Both the position numbers and the translations under genes were made by a program. Below, in pieces: positions 12,651 to 25,677 of a stretch of 64,000 nt of DNA (within the stretch, counting starts at the first letter, position 1; each line of letters begins with the position of its first letter). The DNA is taken from contig NC_043005.1 in the NCBI RefSeq assembly GCF_006345805.1, positions 87,668,001 to 87,732,000 of the forward strand, in the 5' to 3' direction. The DNA comes from Octopus sinensis. Its lineage: Eukaryota. The notes under the pieces are model-generated. The model did no database searches, had not been told where the DNA came from, and saw nothing but the letters and a program-made list of their open reading frames with translations.

Positions 12651-13849
12651 TAAGAACAATGTCTTATATGTAACATAATACCTAATATATGAAATAATGA
12701 CTTACCTATAGAATTATGCATTATAATGGTTCATGTGAATGGAATAATGCCAAATAATAAAAATAATGACTAAAATAATACCTAATATTCATTGAAATAA
12801 TGTCCAGTGTCCAAAATATGATATAGTTACAGTCGGAAAATCTTTGCCGTTATATACGTGAGACTGCAGTTGATCTGAGAACAGTAAAACCACAAGAAAA
12901 TAAAAATGTTTGTTAACGTTGATGTAAAAACAAAATATTTTGAGCGATTAAGGTTCAGAGACTCGTATCGCAACAGATTCGAACGCAACAACATAAAATA
13001 TAATCCAATTCTATATTTCTCCAGAAGTGGAAACGAAACACCGAGTGTCGTAAAGTCAGACAACCACATAAATATTCTAAAATTTGAGATAAGGAAAATC
13101 AGTAACATTCGTTGCCTAAAGGAAGTCTGTGATAAGAAAATCCTAGCGCAATTATAACCATTATAGAAAGACAGCGAAACCATATAAAATTTAGACTAAG
13201 TAAATCCGCAGACATAATTTGTGAGAAAGCTTAGAGAAACAACGGACTGTCGATCACCCGGCAATCAATAGACGCATAGGTCAAATCCTAACAATAATTG
13301 CTTTGTTCTTAATTAAATTTCAAATTTGTTCATGTATCGCTAAATTGCTGCATGTTATATATATATTATATATATATATATATATTATATATAAATCTTT
13401 AGGTAAATATATTCAATAAGAATATTATATACTGAATTTATATTGAGTGCTCCATTGTATAAAAATATTAATACTATTAAAGTATTTATATATTTAATAT
13501 TTAATACGATCGATATATACATATATATTTTTAATAATATATTATAACAAAAATATGTATATATATATATATTTATACATACATACATACACATATGCAT
13601 ATATGCATTCATTCATTCATATATATATATATATATATATATAGTATATTCTATGTAATAATCTCGTAACGGGCATGTCAAAGTTTCTATAAGGTTATCA
13701 GCTACATTAAGCACAAAATTGGGAAAATGGAGGTAACTCAGCGGTGCTATCAAATCCAATCCACTGATGACGTGCGAGTACGCAGATACTACTGGATTAT
13801 GTTTAAGCATATAATATTTCTATAATAATGTGATATGAAAAATTCAGCA

Positions 13850-14448
13850 ACTACCATTGTTACCAATGCAAAGAAACAGCTGTTTTAGGCATAGAAAAGT
13901 TGCCCAATTAAATGTGAATGCCACCAAGCTGTTTGAGTTGGTTGATTTGAGTTCTAAGGCCTTGGAATCATCATTGACAACATCCTTAAGTAGTAAGAGT
14001 CTCAAAAGCTATAAAGATACTCCAATGATAGTACCAAAATGGCCATCGCACAGACAAAGTGTTCAAAGGTGAGTTAAAAGTGTCACTGAAGCTGCGAGTC
14101 ATGTTTACAGTCACGAGAAATGAGAGGGTTACATCAAAGCACAAATAGTCAGCCGGCAACTGATGAAAAGAAACAACAGGAAGAAGGATGTGAAGACTTT
14201 GACTACATTCAAATAGTATATTGGAATATATTATAGTATATATGAAACTTGAAACAGAAAGATGCAGGTGAAAACCATTTAAGTTCAAAATTCTCAAAAC
14301 ATAAATTTCAAACACATAGTGATGTAGTTAAGCGTTATTTAAAATTGTTTTTTCTTTTCCAGAATTTTGTTTTATATGCTGAAAAGCAACAATAAATTAC
14401 TACCAAAATTGAAAATTATGAATTTTCCCTAAAATTGACACATCCTTA
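13850..14448 (+). mobile_element. hAT-like (hATm-type) transposase C-terminal relic with probable right end
   Basis: DTPMIVPKWPSHRQSVQR*VKSVTEAASHVYSHEK*EGYIKAQIVSRQLM resembles the PCHTQAVERCVKLVTEAS...RDGFIRA transposase C-terminus. The end at 14448 reads TAAGGATGTGTC on the minus strand. Superfamily assignment is inference. Confidence 0.55.
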
Positions 14449-14466
14449 ATATATATATATAATATA

Positions 14467-15718
14467 CAGGGGTTGAACAAAATAATGGAAACACCTAGCA
14501 TCATAGAATCATAATTTTGAAATATCTATTAAAGCTTCTTTATATTTATGTTTTTGATTTATTACTAGTGTTGCTTAATATGTTTTGCTAAAATTAATGT
14601 TTCTTTTCAGATATCGTCAGAAAAAACTAATTAAAATTCATTAAAATTGCAGATCTATCTGACTTTCAAAGAGGTCAAATTGTTGGTGATCGTCAGGCAG
14701 GTGCCAGCGAAACAAGAACAGCCGAAATGTTTGGTGTCTCAAGAAGTACTGTCTCGAAAGTAAGGACAGCTTTTCAGATAGGGAGAAAAACCTCCTCGTC
14801 GAAACAAAACTCCGGAGGGAAACAAAGCCTTTCAGACGGGGGCCGTCGGACTCATACGCGAATTGTTAGTAAAGCTCACAAATTTATTGCAGAATTTAAT
14901 GACCACCTCGAGAACCCAGTTTCTACAAAAACTGTTCGCCGGGAGCTGCTCAAAGCCAGATTTCACGGGAGGACTGCAATCAGAAAACCACTACTTTCAA
15001 AAACGAACGTTGCAAAGTGTTTAGAGTGGAGGAAAAACCTACGGAATTGGTCCTTAGAACGGTGGAAGAATGTTATTTTCTCGGATAAGTCATCCTTTAC
15101 CTCATTTCCGACCACTGGCCGAATATACGTATATACGTGTAGAGACAGCCAAAAGAAGCGTTTGGTCCAGACTGCCTTCTTCCAACTGTTAAACATGGAG
15201 GAGGATCTGTGATGAGCTGAGGGAAGGGGGATGTATCTTGGAAATCTGCGGCCCCAATGATTTTTCTTCATAGCAGAATTAATAGTCAAGAATATTTAAG
15301 CAGTTTATCTTAGCAAATTCATCCTATGGTTGCGGAGCTATTTCCGGAGGGAGACGCAATCTTTCAGGATGATAATGCACTAATTCACACAGTCAAAATT
15401 GTTACTGAATAGCACGAGGAACATTCTAGTGATGTTAAGCATCTCATTTGGCCACCACAGTCCCCAGATTTCAATATTATTGAATATTTATGATGCATTT
15501 TAGATTTAGTCGATATCCTCCACCATCATTACTACAAGAACTGGATACTGTTTTAGTTGAAAATGGACAAAAAATCATTTGCAAACAATTCAAACTTTTG
15601 TACGAGCCGATAGCTTGTAGAATTCAAGGTGTAATTACTGCCAAAGGCCGTCCTGACCTATTTTAAAACATATTTGTTTGAAATTTTAAAGTTTTTCCAT
15701 TGTTTTGTCCACCCCCTG
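14467..15718 (+). mobile_element. Tc1-family DNA transposon, full length and inactivated
   Basis: TIRs TA|CAGGGGTTGAACAAAATAATGGAAAC and GTTTTTCCATTGTTTTGTCCACCCCCTG. Transposase relic ADLSDFQRGQIVG...FGVSRSTVSKV...AIRKPLLS...WKNVIFSDKSSF...FQDDNALIH...WPPQSPDFNIIE (DD34E pattern), with stops and frameshifts. Confidence 0.95.
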
Positions 15719-15798
15719 CATATAGTCAATTCAAGGAACAAACTATATATGAAATTTTAAGATGTTTCCATTACTTTTCAAAAACCTGTATATATATA

Positions 15799-15871
<73 letters not shown>

Positions 15872-15974
15872 TTAATTAATGTTTGGTAGAAGTAAAGGTG
15901 TACCACAAGGGCTTAGAGTTGTGTGTGCTAACACTTGGTGTCACTTTGTAACTTCTGCCAAATATTGATTTCAA

Positions 15975-16158
15975 ATTTTGGCACAAAGCCAACAATTTCA
16001 GCGCAGGAAGCAAGTCGATTACCACAGTACCCAACTTGTACGTATTTTATCGACCCGGAATTTATGACAGGCAAAGTCCACTCCTGCAGAAGTTGAACCT
16101 CAGACAAAATGCCGCGAAACATTTCACCCGGCGTGCTAAACCTTCTGCCTGCTCCACG
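15975..16158 (-). mobile_element. Diverged SINE F1
   Basis: Reverse complement begins GCGTGGAGCAGGCAGAAGGTTTAGCACGCCGGGTGAAATG and carries the GGGTCGATAAAATACGTAC core. Confidence 0.75.
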
Positions 16159-16504
16159 CTGTTCTTCTGTTGTATATTTATGTATATATATATTATATAT
16201 ATTATATATCTAGAGTTAATTTCTCTACCTTTAGGACGAGTTTACCAACTGTCACTGCGTTGATTTACGCATAGAAATATAAATCTTCAGAATGAGACTT
16301 GTGTTGGTTTACAAATGCGGGTGTTTGTATGCCTTCTGGTGTAAATACATAAACGTTCTCACAATATTACCATGAGAATTTTAAGCATAAATGAGGAAGA
16401 ATATTTATAATATTTCACCTGTTGGCTCATATAAGCACGGACCACAAAACAATTCTGTTCGCTGAGAGCATAAACAAAACCAGCGGATTTGGCTAACCTC
16501 AAAG

Positions 16505-16545
16505 TTTCCACTGAGGAGACACGTGTCGAAACACGATGTCCCAGA
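16505..16545 (+). ncRNA. Hammerhead core motif with unsupported stem I
   Basis: CTGAGGA-GAC(ACGT)GTC-GAAA-CACGATG-TC: intact core, stem II and GUC site; flanks do not pair. Confidence 0.45.
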
Positions 16546-17777
16546 ACACCGTGCGCCACTAAGACGAGTGTATTGAACACACTATTGTTTGAAATGGAGA
16601 AGTTATTCTCTTAAGACATACACTACAGCGCCCAGCATATTATGCGTCTGAACTTATCTATACGCGTTAAGAATAAATATGCGAATATTCACCAAAATTA
16701 TATTAGTCAGCGTGTAGGAAGTGAAATGAACCAAGCCCTGGCTCCCGCAGTGCTCTGATTTATATTTATAATCTCATAATTCAGAGATGAATAATCTATA
16801 AAAAGGAGTTTCATATGATTCATATAAATGTAACCTTAGAAACCATGATTTGCTTAGGTTGCGGTTCCTGACCCCGAAACAGTTGTTTACACGACATAAC
16901 TATTGATAGATACCATGGGAGAATTTAGTTCGATGTTTCATCTCGTAGAATAATCACAACTGAAGTGGGAATACTTTTACTATTTAATCAACAAATATTA
17001 CATCAGATTATCTATGGTTGAGTTTAAATCTTGCCGTAGTCATGGTCTTGGAGAACGTAATAGGAATCCATTCCTTTGATACAAGACATGAAAGAAAGTC
17101 ACCCAGTGAGGTGTGGAATATCGTCTCTGATGCTGTCTGGTTGTTAAACAATCAACTACTGAAGCTAACCATTAATAATTAATAAATAAACAACCATTTA
17201 GACAACTAATAATTAGTTACATATTTCTATTTATTTCAATGTTGAACTATTTCTATTCCAAGCATGACAGATACGGAATGTATGCTTACAGTAACGGTTA
17301 CACAAATACACTGAGCCAAACATACCCACACACGCGCGCGCGCCGCAAACAAACAAACACACACACACACACTCACAAAAAGGTTTCACGCATAAACACA
17401 CACATACAAACAGATGTCTAGCATTAAAATAGTTGTTTGATTCCAATACTGTAACCCATGAAAATATTTAGGAAAAGTACATATATAATTTTCAAATTAA
17501 TTTATTTCAGAGTCTGGTTCGAACATTCATCTATATAAGGAATATTATTTATATATTAATTAAAGATATGTAATAAGCTTTTCCCTCTCTTGCTTATTTT
17601 TTTGTCTTTCACACTTCAAATAGTGAATGTCTTGAGACCGAAGTATTAAATTTTCTTCCCTTCCATTCTTTAAGCAAAAAATTCATAGAATATTTCTTAA
17701 AACATGGTCCTCTTGTTTTAGCTTTTACTTTTGCATCTTTGTTCAATACATATTCGTTCTACACACACACACACATA

Positions 17778-17840
<63 letters not shown>

Positions 17841-17955
17841 GCATATATATACATTTATATATATATTTGCATATATATATATATGCATACATAAATACAT
17901 ATATATATATATATGTACATAATCACATAGTATGCATATACGTACACATGTATAT

Positions 17956-17987
<32 letters not shown>

Positions 17988-19386
17988 ACTATACTTACAT
18001 GCATACATATATACATACATACAAACTTTCATATAGCATGTATACGCACGTCCATACGTACATAATTTAGGTGTGTAGTAGACTGAAAATGTATTTCACA
18101 AGTTACATAAGGATACTTGCGTTTTGAAGGAGCGTCCATTGAATGGAATAATAAAAAAAATACTAAGATGGAAAATAGGAAATTCATAAACCTATTCCAA
18201 GGAAAGTGATGACAAAGTAAATTGATGTTTTGGACTTTACTCCTCAAGTCCCGCAGAGAATAGAGGAAAGTCACAAACTAACACGAACGAAAGATATTCC
18301 TGTGATATAGATGTATGTTACACATTCGCAATACCACCACCATGACCACCACCACTCGAAAACAACAGTAAAGCAATAACAACAGCAACAACAACACTAC
18401 GAGGTCTGTAGAGAAAATGTGGTCTTAAAGAAACTCTGGTTTCCAACAGATAAGATAATTTAAGAACACACACATATGTGCCTGTGTGTGTATGTATGTA
18501 TGTATGTATTGAAAAGTCAAAGTTATATATCGGAGATAAAATAGAACACGAAAAAGAAAAAAATGTTTACAAAATAAAGAAATGAAAAACGAAAAATGTC
18601 AAACAGCGGGAATGGAAACATTAAAGTTAAAAGCATTCAGAAACACGAAGATAGATCTTCTAGAAATAAAACAAATACGATAAATGTTAAAAAAAAGAAG
18701 GTTAAAAAAAAGAAACAGAAATTAAACCCTAGAATATTTAGAAAATACTGACCAATAAAATTAAAAACAGAACGACAAAAATGAAAATATGAATAAGAGT
18801 GGGTATGAAAACAATTTTAAAAAATAGAAAACGGTGACGATGGGTATACTTTATATGACCAAGATCTGAAGGAGGAAATGGTTAGGAATATAAAATCGAT
18901 AGAAAATATTACAATACTACAAAGAAAGTTACTGTCGACCATACACGTAAAATTTATGAAAATGCATGGTTTACGAAAAATAGCGGTTGCAGTTATAATA
19001 AAAACCGATACGAAACTCAATGTCACCATGGTTAAGAAAATAATGTGGATAATATTGGTTTCATATTTTTGCACAAGGCCAGAAAGTTCGGATGGGTGTA
19101 AAAGGTTACATCAACATCGTTTTCTCAACTGATACTTATTCCGCTAAGCATTTTTGCCTGACGCGCTAAAGATTCAGCCATGCTCGTAACCTCGTAAATA
19201 ATATACATAGTATCAATAGTAATAAAAAAAAAGAAAAAAGGAAAAGAAATGTAAGTAGACCCTCTTTTTCATTTACACAGGAAAAGCAGAGCGAAAGCAA
19301 AGGGACAATGAAGAAATATATAGAATACATAATGAAAAATAAATGAACCCTTCGCGAAAACATAATTAAATACACACATGTGTATA

Positions 19387-19511
<125 letters not shown>

Positions 19512-19514
19512 TTA

Positions 19515-19720
19515 GGGAGAGTTTATGAAAAACGACAAAAGACGAAGACAGGTGGTGTACAAAACAAACAGATGTATTAGTATAACGCTCAGGAATAGAA
19601 AAAGACTTTTACCTTTCGAGCCTACGCTCTTCTACAGAAAGGGACACAGAAAAAAAAAAGGAGGGAAAAAATGTGTGTAGTGGCTAACGATCTATCATGG
19701 CGACTGACATATATATATGT
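19515..19720 (-). mobile_element. Penelope-like terminal repeat family HH3, copy 1
   Basis: Near-identical to 23679-23860; carries a hammerhead-like motif at 19606-19641. Confidence 0.7.
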
Positions 19721-19859
19721 ATGTATATATATGAATATATGTGTGTATACAACCTTCAACAAAGTAAAAGTTATGTATACAGCTTGAACAGACACATATC
19801 AGTACATAAACATACGTTCACATGTACATGCACATGTACAAACACACAGACACGTCTAC

Positions 19860-20042
19860 ACACCCAAATACTTAGTACATACATAAGTACATACGTACAT
19901 ACATACATACATACATACATACATACATACATACCCAGATGCATACATGCATACATACATACATGCATACATACATACATACATACATACATACATACAT
20001 ACATACATACATACATACATACTTACATACGTACATACATAT
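19860..20042. repeat. (CATA)n microsatellite
   Basis: Direct reading. Confidence 0.95.
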
Positions 20043-20645
20043 ATGTCATGAACTAACTGTTACTTTCTCAGATGCAGCACAGAATTTTGTCAGTGAACAA
20101 GTCGCACTCTCAAAGCGACGAAAATATTTTGGCAAATTAAATTTACATGTTTAAGTGAATCTAATGGTTTTGTGTGTTTTTTAATTGCTTATAAACACCT
20201 TCCACGCTGCAATTGTTTTCGTTCCAGCAACAGATCTCATATCAGGACACTTTCTATGCAAGTACATCGCTGTAATAATTAAATATGGTTTGGAAAAAAC
20301 ACGCGATGGAAGTTCAAATATTAAAGAATTGTAACATGGAAAAACCAGCATCATATGAAAGAACGCTTAAAAAGAGAGTTAATCCCTAGTTTGCAAATAA
20401 AAGAACGTTCCGTAAAATCGAGGTTCTTGAAAGAAAACAAGAAAATTGAAGATTTTATCATGAATACAATGAAATTAGCGCTTACAGTGAGGAAAACACG
20501 AATTAGCCATTAATAAACAGATAAAAATCGGTTAACTTCAATTAATCATTTATTATTTGGTGTCAGAATTTTTATCACATTATCTACGACAGGTCACTGA
20601 CACAATTCCATTTCAACTAACCTAAGACAACGTTTTTGGTGAGTA

Positions 20646-20676
<31 letters not shown>

Positions 20677-20845
20677 GTGTGTGTGTGTGTGCGTGTGTAT
20701 GTGTGTGTCATTCACCTTTATAGTTCAGAGAAGAAGATACATGGTAAACCAGAGAGTCTATTTAATTGCTTGTAGGGATACCGTATTTCGTTTTGTAACC
20801 ATTATATACTACCAAGTATATTGGAAGTTTGTAAGTCTATACTGT

Positions 20846-20997
20846 CAGTTCTATATTTAAGAGATGAGGAATTGTGGCATAGGGGTTAAGATCGCGTGCT
20901 ACTAACCCAGAGATTCCGAGTTCGATTCCAAGCAGTGACCTGAATAACAATAATAATAGTAATAATAATAATGATAATAATAATGATAATAATGATG

Positions 20998-21054
<57 letters not shown>

Positions 21055-21190
21055 TCGAAAAATACCTTAGGAATGAGAACCCAGGTTCGAAATTTCCCCA
21101 ACACACCTGATGAAGGCTGGGGGAGATATCAGCCGAAACGTTGTGTTAACAACAACTAAGATGTGGACAAATATCCGTCAAATGGAAGTA
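20846..21190 (+). mobile_element. tRNA-headed element with (AAT)n linker and hammerhead-containing Penelope-like tail, copy A
   Basis: A box TGGCATAGGGG (20875), B box GAGTTCGATTCC (20918), (AAT)n 20944-21052, tail shared with 27552-27730; 5' end is an inverted copy of the tail terminus seen in copy B. Confidence 0.85.
21103..21146 (+). ncRNA. Minimal type I hammerhead ribozyme motif (HH1)
   Basis: ACAC-CTGATGA-A-GGCTG(GGGGAGATAT)CAGCC-GAAA-CG-TT-GTGT: full core, 5-bp stem II, palindromic stem III ACGT, GUU site, 4-bp stem I. Confidence 0.75.
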
Positions 21191-21815
21191 ATGTAATTAA
21201 AGTCAATACTTTTTGTGTTAGCAGTGCAATTTAATTACTTTTTCTAAAGATTTCAGAGCCAGCACTGAAAGTTCCGTTGCTTCGTATACGAATAAGTCTA
21301 TGTAAACAATGCGACGAGAGATAGAGAAACATTTATTGGATCTTTTCTTTGCAAATTAGGAATTAACTCTCTTTTTAAGCGTTCTTTCATATGAAGCTGG
21401 TTTTTCCATGTTACAATTCTTTAATATTTGAATTTCCATCGCGTGTTTTTTCCAAACCATATTTAATGTGACTGACCACGTCGAAAGAAGAGAGGCGAAA
21501 AGTTTGACACCAAACAAAATAGTTTCAGGTGAAGTAATTAGTTTTTCGGGGTTTTTTTTAATGTCTAATATGTCCTTCACGCTGTAACTGCTTTCGTTTC
21601 GACGTACGGTCTTCGATCAAATCAATTGCCATGAAGCTATACCTCGGATATAACGATAAAATGGAATGCATGTTGCTGCACCAAGAGTCCATAAATTTTG
21701 CAGCGGCATATGAAGCACAAGTTGTACATATGAAGCACAAGTCTTTCCGTCTCAAACAGCTCGTGCTGCTGTTGATAATGCAATTACAGCAACGCCGTCA
21801 TCGGCAGCAGCACCA

Positions 21816-22190
21816 GAGGTGCATTGGCCCAGTGGTTAGGGCAGCGAACACGCGGCCCGAGGATCGCGGTTCGATTCCCAGATTGTGTGTGTTTATTGAG
21901 CGAAAACACCTAAAAGCTCCACGAGACTCCGGCAGGAGGGGGCGTGACGACCCCTGTTGTACTCTTTTGCCCCAACTTTCTCTCACTCCTTCTTCCTGTT
22001 TCTTGTCCCCGACTTCCTACGCAACCGCTGAGCCTGGATGCGCATTCGTCCATCCGTCGATGCTCTCGGTGTCGGGGGTTGACCTGCTTTCTCTTCTGCG
22101 GGTCTTACGAATAGCAAAGGACCACTTTCAGACTTCTTCCATCTTGCGAGCTCTGGGACGAAGGTCGTCGCTCAACGGCACCAGCAACAG
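21816..22190 (+). mobile_element. SINE family F3 with tail C
   Basis: Head GAGGTGCATTGGCCCAGTGGTTAGGGCAGCG...GGTTCGATTCCCAG; body shared with 29553-29858 and 53338-53755. Confidence 0.88.
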
Positions 22191-22744
22191 CAGCAGCAGC
22201 AGCAAATAGGATAACTAATGTAAGCTCCAAAATCAATGCCGATATATGAGAAAGGGTTACCACAATTGAAGTAATCATTTAGAGCCTCACTGCTAAAATG
22301 TATTATTAGGTATTTGTTCATCTTCGTTTAGTCTCCTCCACATATCTCTGCTTTCTTTTGTTTTATCTAACAAGATATTAATGGTTTTTAATACGCTTTC
22401 AGTCTGCCTTGAAGGCTACTGATATCAAATTTTCAGACAGAAATTCACGTCAGTATGTTTGATAAATCTGTCTATCGTCTGTAACATATACAGCTGAGAA
22501 TAAATTGAAGTCTCCATACCGATGTTGCTGTGCTTGTATGCCAAACAGGAATAATGGGTGGAGAAAACGGATGGATGGAAGAGTGGATGGATGGATAGAT
22601 GAATATGCTAGTCAGAGCGACTGTTGTTATATAAGTTGTAGGATCGTTCGGCAATTCCCTTTTGATCGTATTAGTAGGATGCTCAACTATTTATTCGCAA
22701 CTATCTATTAGGTTAACTACATTAACCGTATTGGTGCTACAGAT

Positions 22745-22900
22745 GTCATGTGTAATTTGTCCACAAATGCCATGTGTAGACCCCTTTTCATAATCAATCC
22801 ATGCCATGCTCTTGCCTATTTTCTCCATCTACAGTCTTCAGTTTCGCTTCTGCTGATCTATACTTAGGTTTCACACTTGACTCCCAAACATGCACTAAAC
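22745..22900 (-). mobile_element. Short R4/NeSL-like reverse transcriptase relic
   Basis: Minus-strand SMAWIDYEKG resembles LSMAWIDYKKAYD of restriction-endonuclease-type non-LTR elements. Confidence 0.45.
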
Positions 22901-23019
22901 AGACACTTCTCCCCTAAATGTGACTTTTACAAAAATGTCGAAGAGGAAAAGAGTGAGGCCGCAACGTGGAAAAATTTTGTTCTCATGCTAAAGGAATGAG
23001 TTAAGGACCGAGTTCAGTC

Positions 23020-23285
23020 ATTCTATATTCGCAGAGTAACGAAAGCAATAGTTTTGCTGGGTTGGATATGTCACGAGGCTCACTGAAAAGTGATGGACAT
23101 GTGCAATTGATAGGTGGTGTCTAAGAGATCAGAAAAGACTACATGGAAAGCCTCCAGCATGAGGGGAAGATGATTTCTTTAAGTAATTTGGGTCAAGCTG
23201 GAAAAGGACAGCGCAATAATGACGGATTCGGAAACACGTTGTGACCAGCGATGTATATGATCATCTGATGCCTAGCTGATATGGC
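23020..23285 (+). mobile_element. RTE-clade LINE 3' end
   Basis: CWVGYVTRLTEK*WTCAIDRWCLRDQKRLHGKPPA...SWKRTAQ resembles WAGHVAR...W.PR..KR.RGRP..RW; followed by 3' UTR TTGTGACCAGCGATGT. Confidence 0.75.
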
Positions 23286-23464
23286 AATAATGTGATATTA
23301 CAAAGACAAAAGCAACGTAGAAAATGATTGACGGTCACATATGGGGTTACAAACCAGGCACTTTACTCAACAGTATCGCCGACAACTGAAATAATGAAAC
23401 CTGCATCCCAAAAAAAAAGATCACCCAGAATATGATCAACAAGAATAAGAATAACGAAGCGCCC

Positions 23465-24150
<686 letters not shown>

Positions 24151-24169
24151 AGAGATTTAAGAGTAGAAA

Positions 24170-24284
24170 ATGGATTTTCTTGAAATCGCCCCGTGCGTTT
24201 TTACAGACGCGAGGAATTTCAAAGTTAAAACGATCATACTGAGAGATCTCTTAGAAATAGATATTCGGATGATTAAAATCACAG
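24170..24284 (+). other. Candidate exon, unverified
   Basis: ATG 24170 in frame to CAG|GTAAGT at 24284/5 (MDFLEIAPCVFTDARNFKVKTIILRDLLEIDIRMIKIT). An alternative acceptor TTTTTACAG|24207 gives a 78-bp phase 1-1 exon. No homology recognised. Confidence 0.3.
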
Positions 24285-24759
24285 GTAAGTGAATTTCTCG
24301 CATATTCTCCGATTGACATATCGGTGTTGAGAAACGGTAGCATAAATACACGTGTCCTTTTGTTTATCGACTGTAGGCCACTAGAATTTTATGTGGCAGC
24401 CATCATGTCGGCCTGTCGTTCCGTAACACACACTCAATGCTCGTTCTCTCAATCAGCCCCACGCACGTTTTTAACGGTCACGAAATATTCGCATCTTTTA
24501 CTCGGCCAATTCAAAGTAATCGGATTGTTGTTTTCTTTCCAAAAAGACTGGATGCCGAGCAATGGAGACCTTCGTAAGCGTAAATATTGTGTCGGTGGCG
24601 CTAGATGACAACAGCAGGATGCAAGCATTGTCTGACAATTAGCTTTTCTTGTTTTTGCTCTACCTAGAGTAAGCAGTCAATCTGATTTTCAGAAGTTTAG
24701 AAATAATCCTGGGAATGTTCCACGGGATTGCTAGAGAGCGAATGAAGTAACATATCTGA

Positions 24760-24986
24760 TGCACGCTGGTAAGCACGCCGGGCAAAATGCTGAACAGTAT
24801 TTCGTCTGCTGTTACGTTCTGAGTTCAAATTCCGCCAAGGTCGACTTTGCCTTTCATCCTTTCGGGGTCGATAAATTAAGTACCAGTTACGCACTGGGGT
24901 CAATATAATCGACTTAATCCCTTTGTCTGTCCTTGTTTGTCCTTTATGTGTTTAGCCCCCTGTGGGTAGTAAAGAAATAGGTATTG
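24760..24986 (+). mobile_element. SINE F1
   Basis: Well-preserved body and tail ending GTAGTAAAGAAATAGGTATT. Confidence 0.92.
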
Positions 24987-25677
24987 CTAGAAAAAAAGTA
25001 AATAATAAAATGGGTTGTGAAATATCGTAAATCGAACCAAGGATGTTCAAATATTTGACAGACATCGAGCAGATTTCCTGAATATAGTAAGGGAGACTCG
25101 ACCAACGTGTAATCTCTCTGCTTTTATAAAAGCGAATGGTCGCATCTAACTAGTTTGAATTCATCAAACTTCGACTGTGTACTGTCATTTTCACGTCTTA
25201 ACATACGAACTATTCCTTTTAAATATTGCGTTGCGAAGTGGAGTTCATCTCGTAGTGTGAGACACCCTTCCGGTTGAGATCCGCCACTTATTAACACTAG
25301 CGTTCGGCAATTCCCGCTTAATCAGATCATAGATACTCGCAAGTAGATGTTTTGCTCTTTGTGTATTCACTTTCTTAAACGGATATTCTAATGAAACCAG
25401 GAAGATCCGGATGGTTCACTGCGGCTTGTGCAAGGACGCGGTAATATACTCAACAAATCGAAGCTGAGACTTGGAAATGTATTAGTTAGTTACTAAAGCA
25501 TTCATATATCTAGATTTACTCACATAGGATCGCTCAATGTTTGTCTATACTTCGTCGCCGAATAAAACTATGAACCGTTACACATTATACACTTAATTGC
25601 AACATTTTAGCTAGTAAAAAGAAGGGCAAAGTCACCCATTGTAGCTAGTATTGTACTTTAATATTTCTCGGCTACCT

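Noticed and set aside
13757-13800. Hammerhead-like AATCCA-CTGATGA-hairpin...TGGATT
   Set aside because: Stem I and the first core half look right, but GAAA and a valid stem III/NUH are missing.
18817-19132. Overlapping short ORFs in unique A-rich sequence
   Set aside because: No recognisable domain or splice context.
20875-20940. Functional tRNA gene (also all SINE heads)
   Set aside because: A and B boxes are present but I could not form a cloverleaf with an acceptor stem; these are SINE heads.
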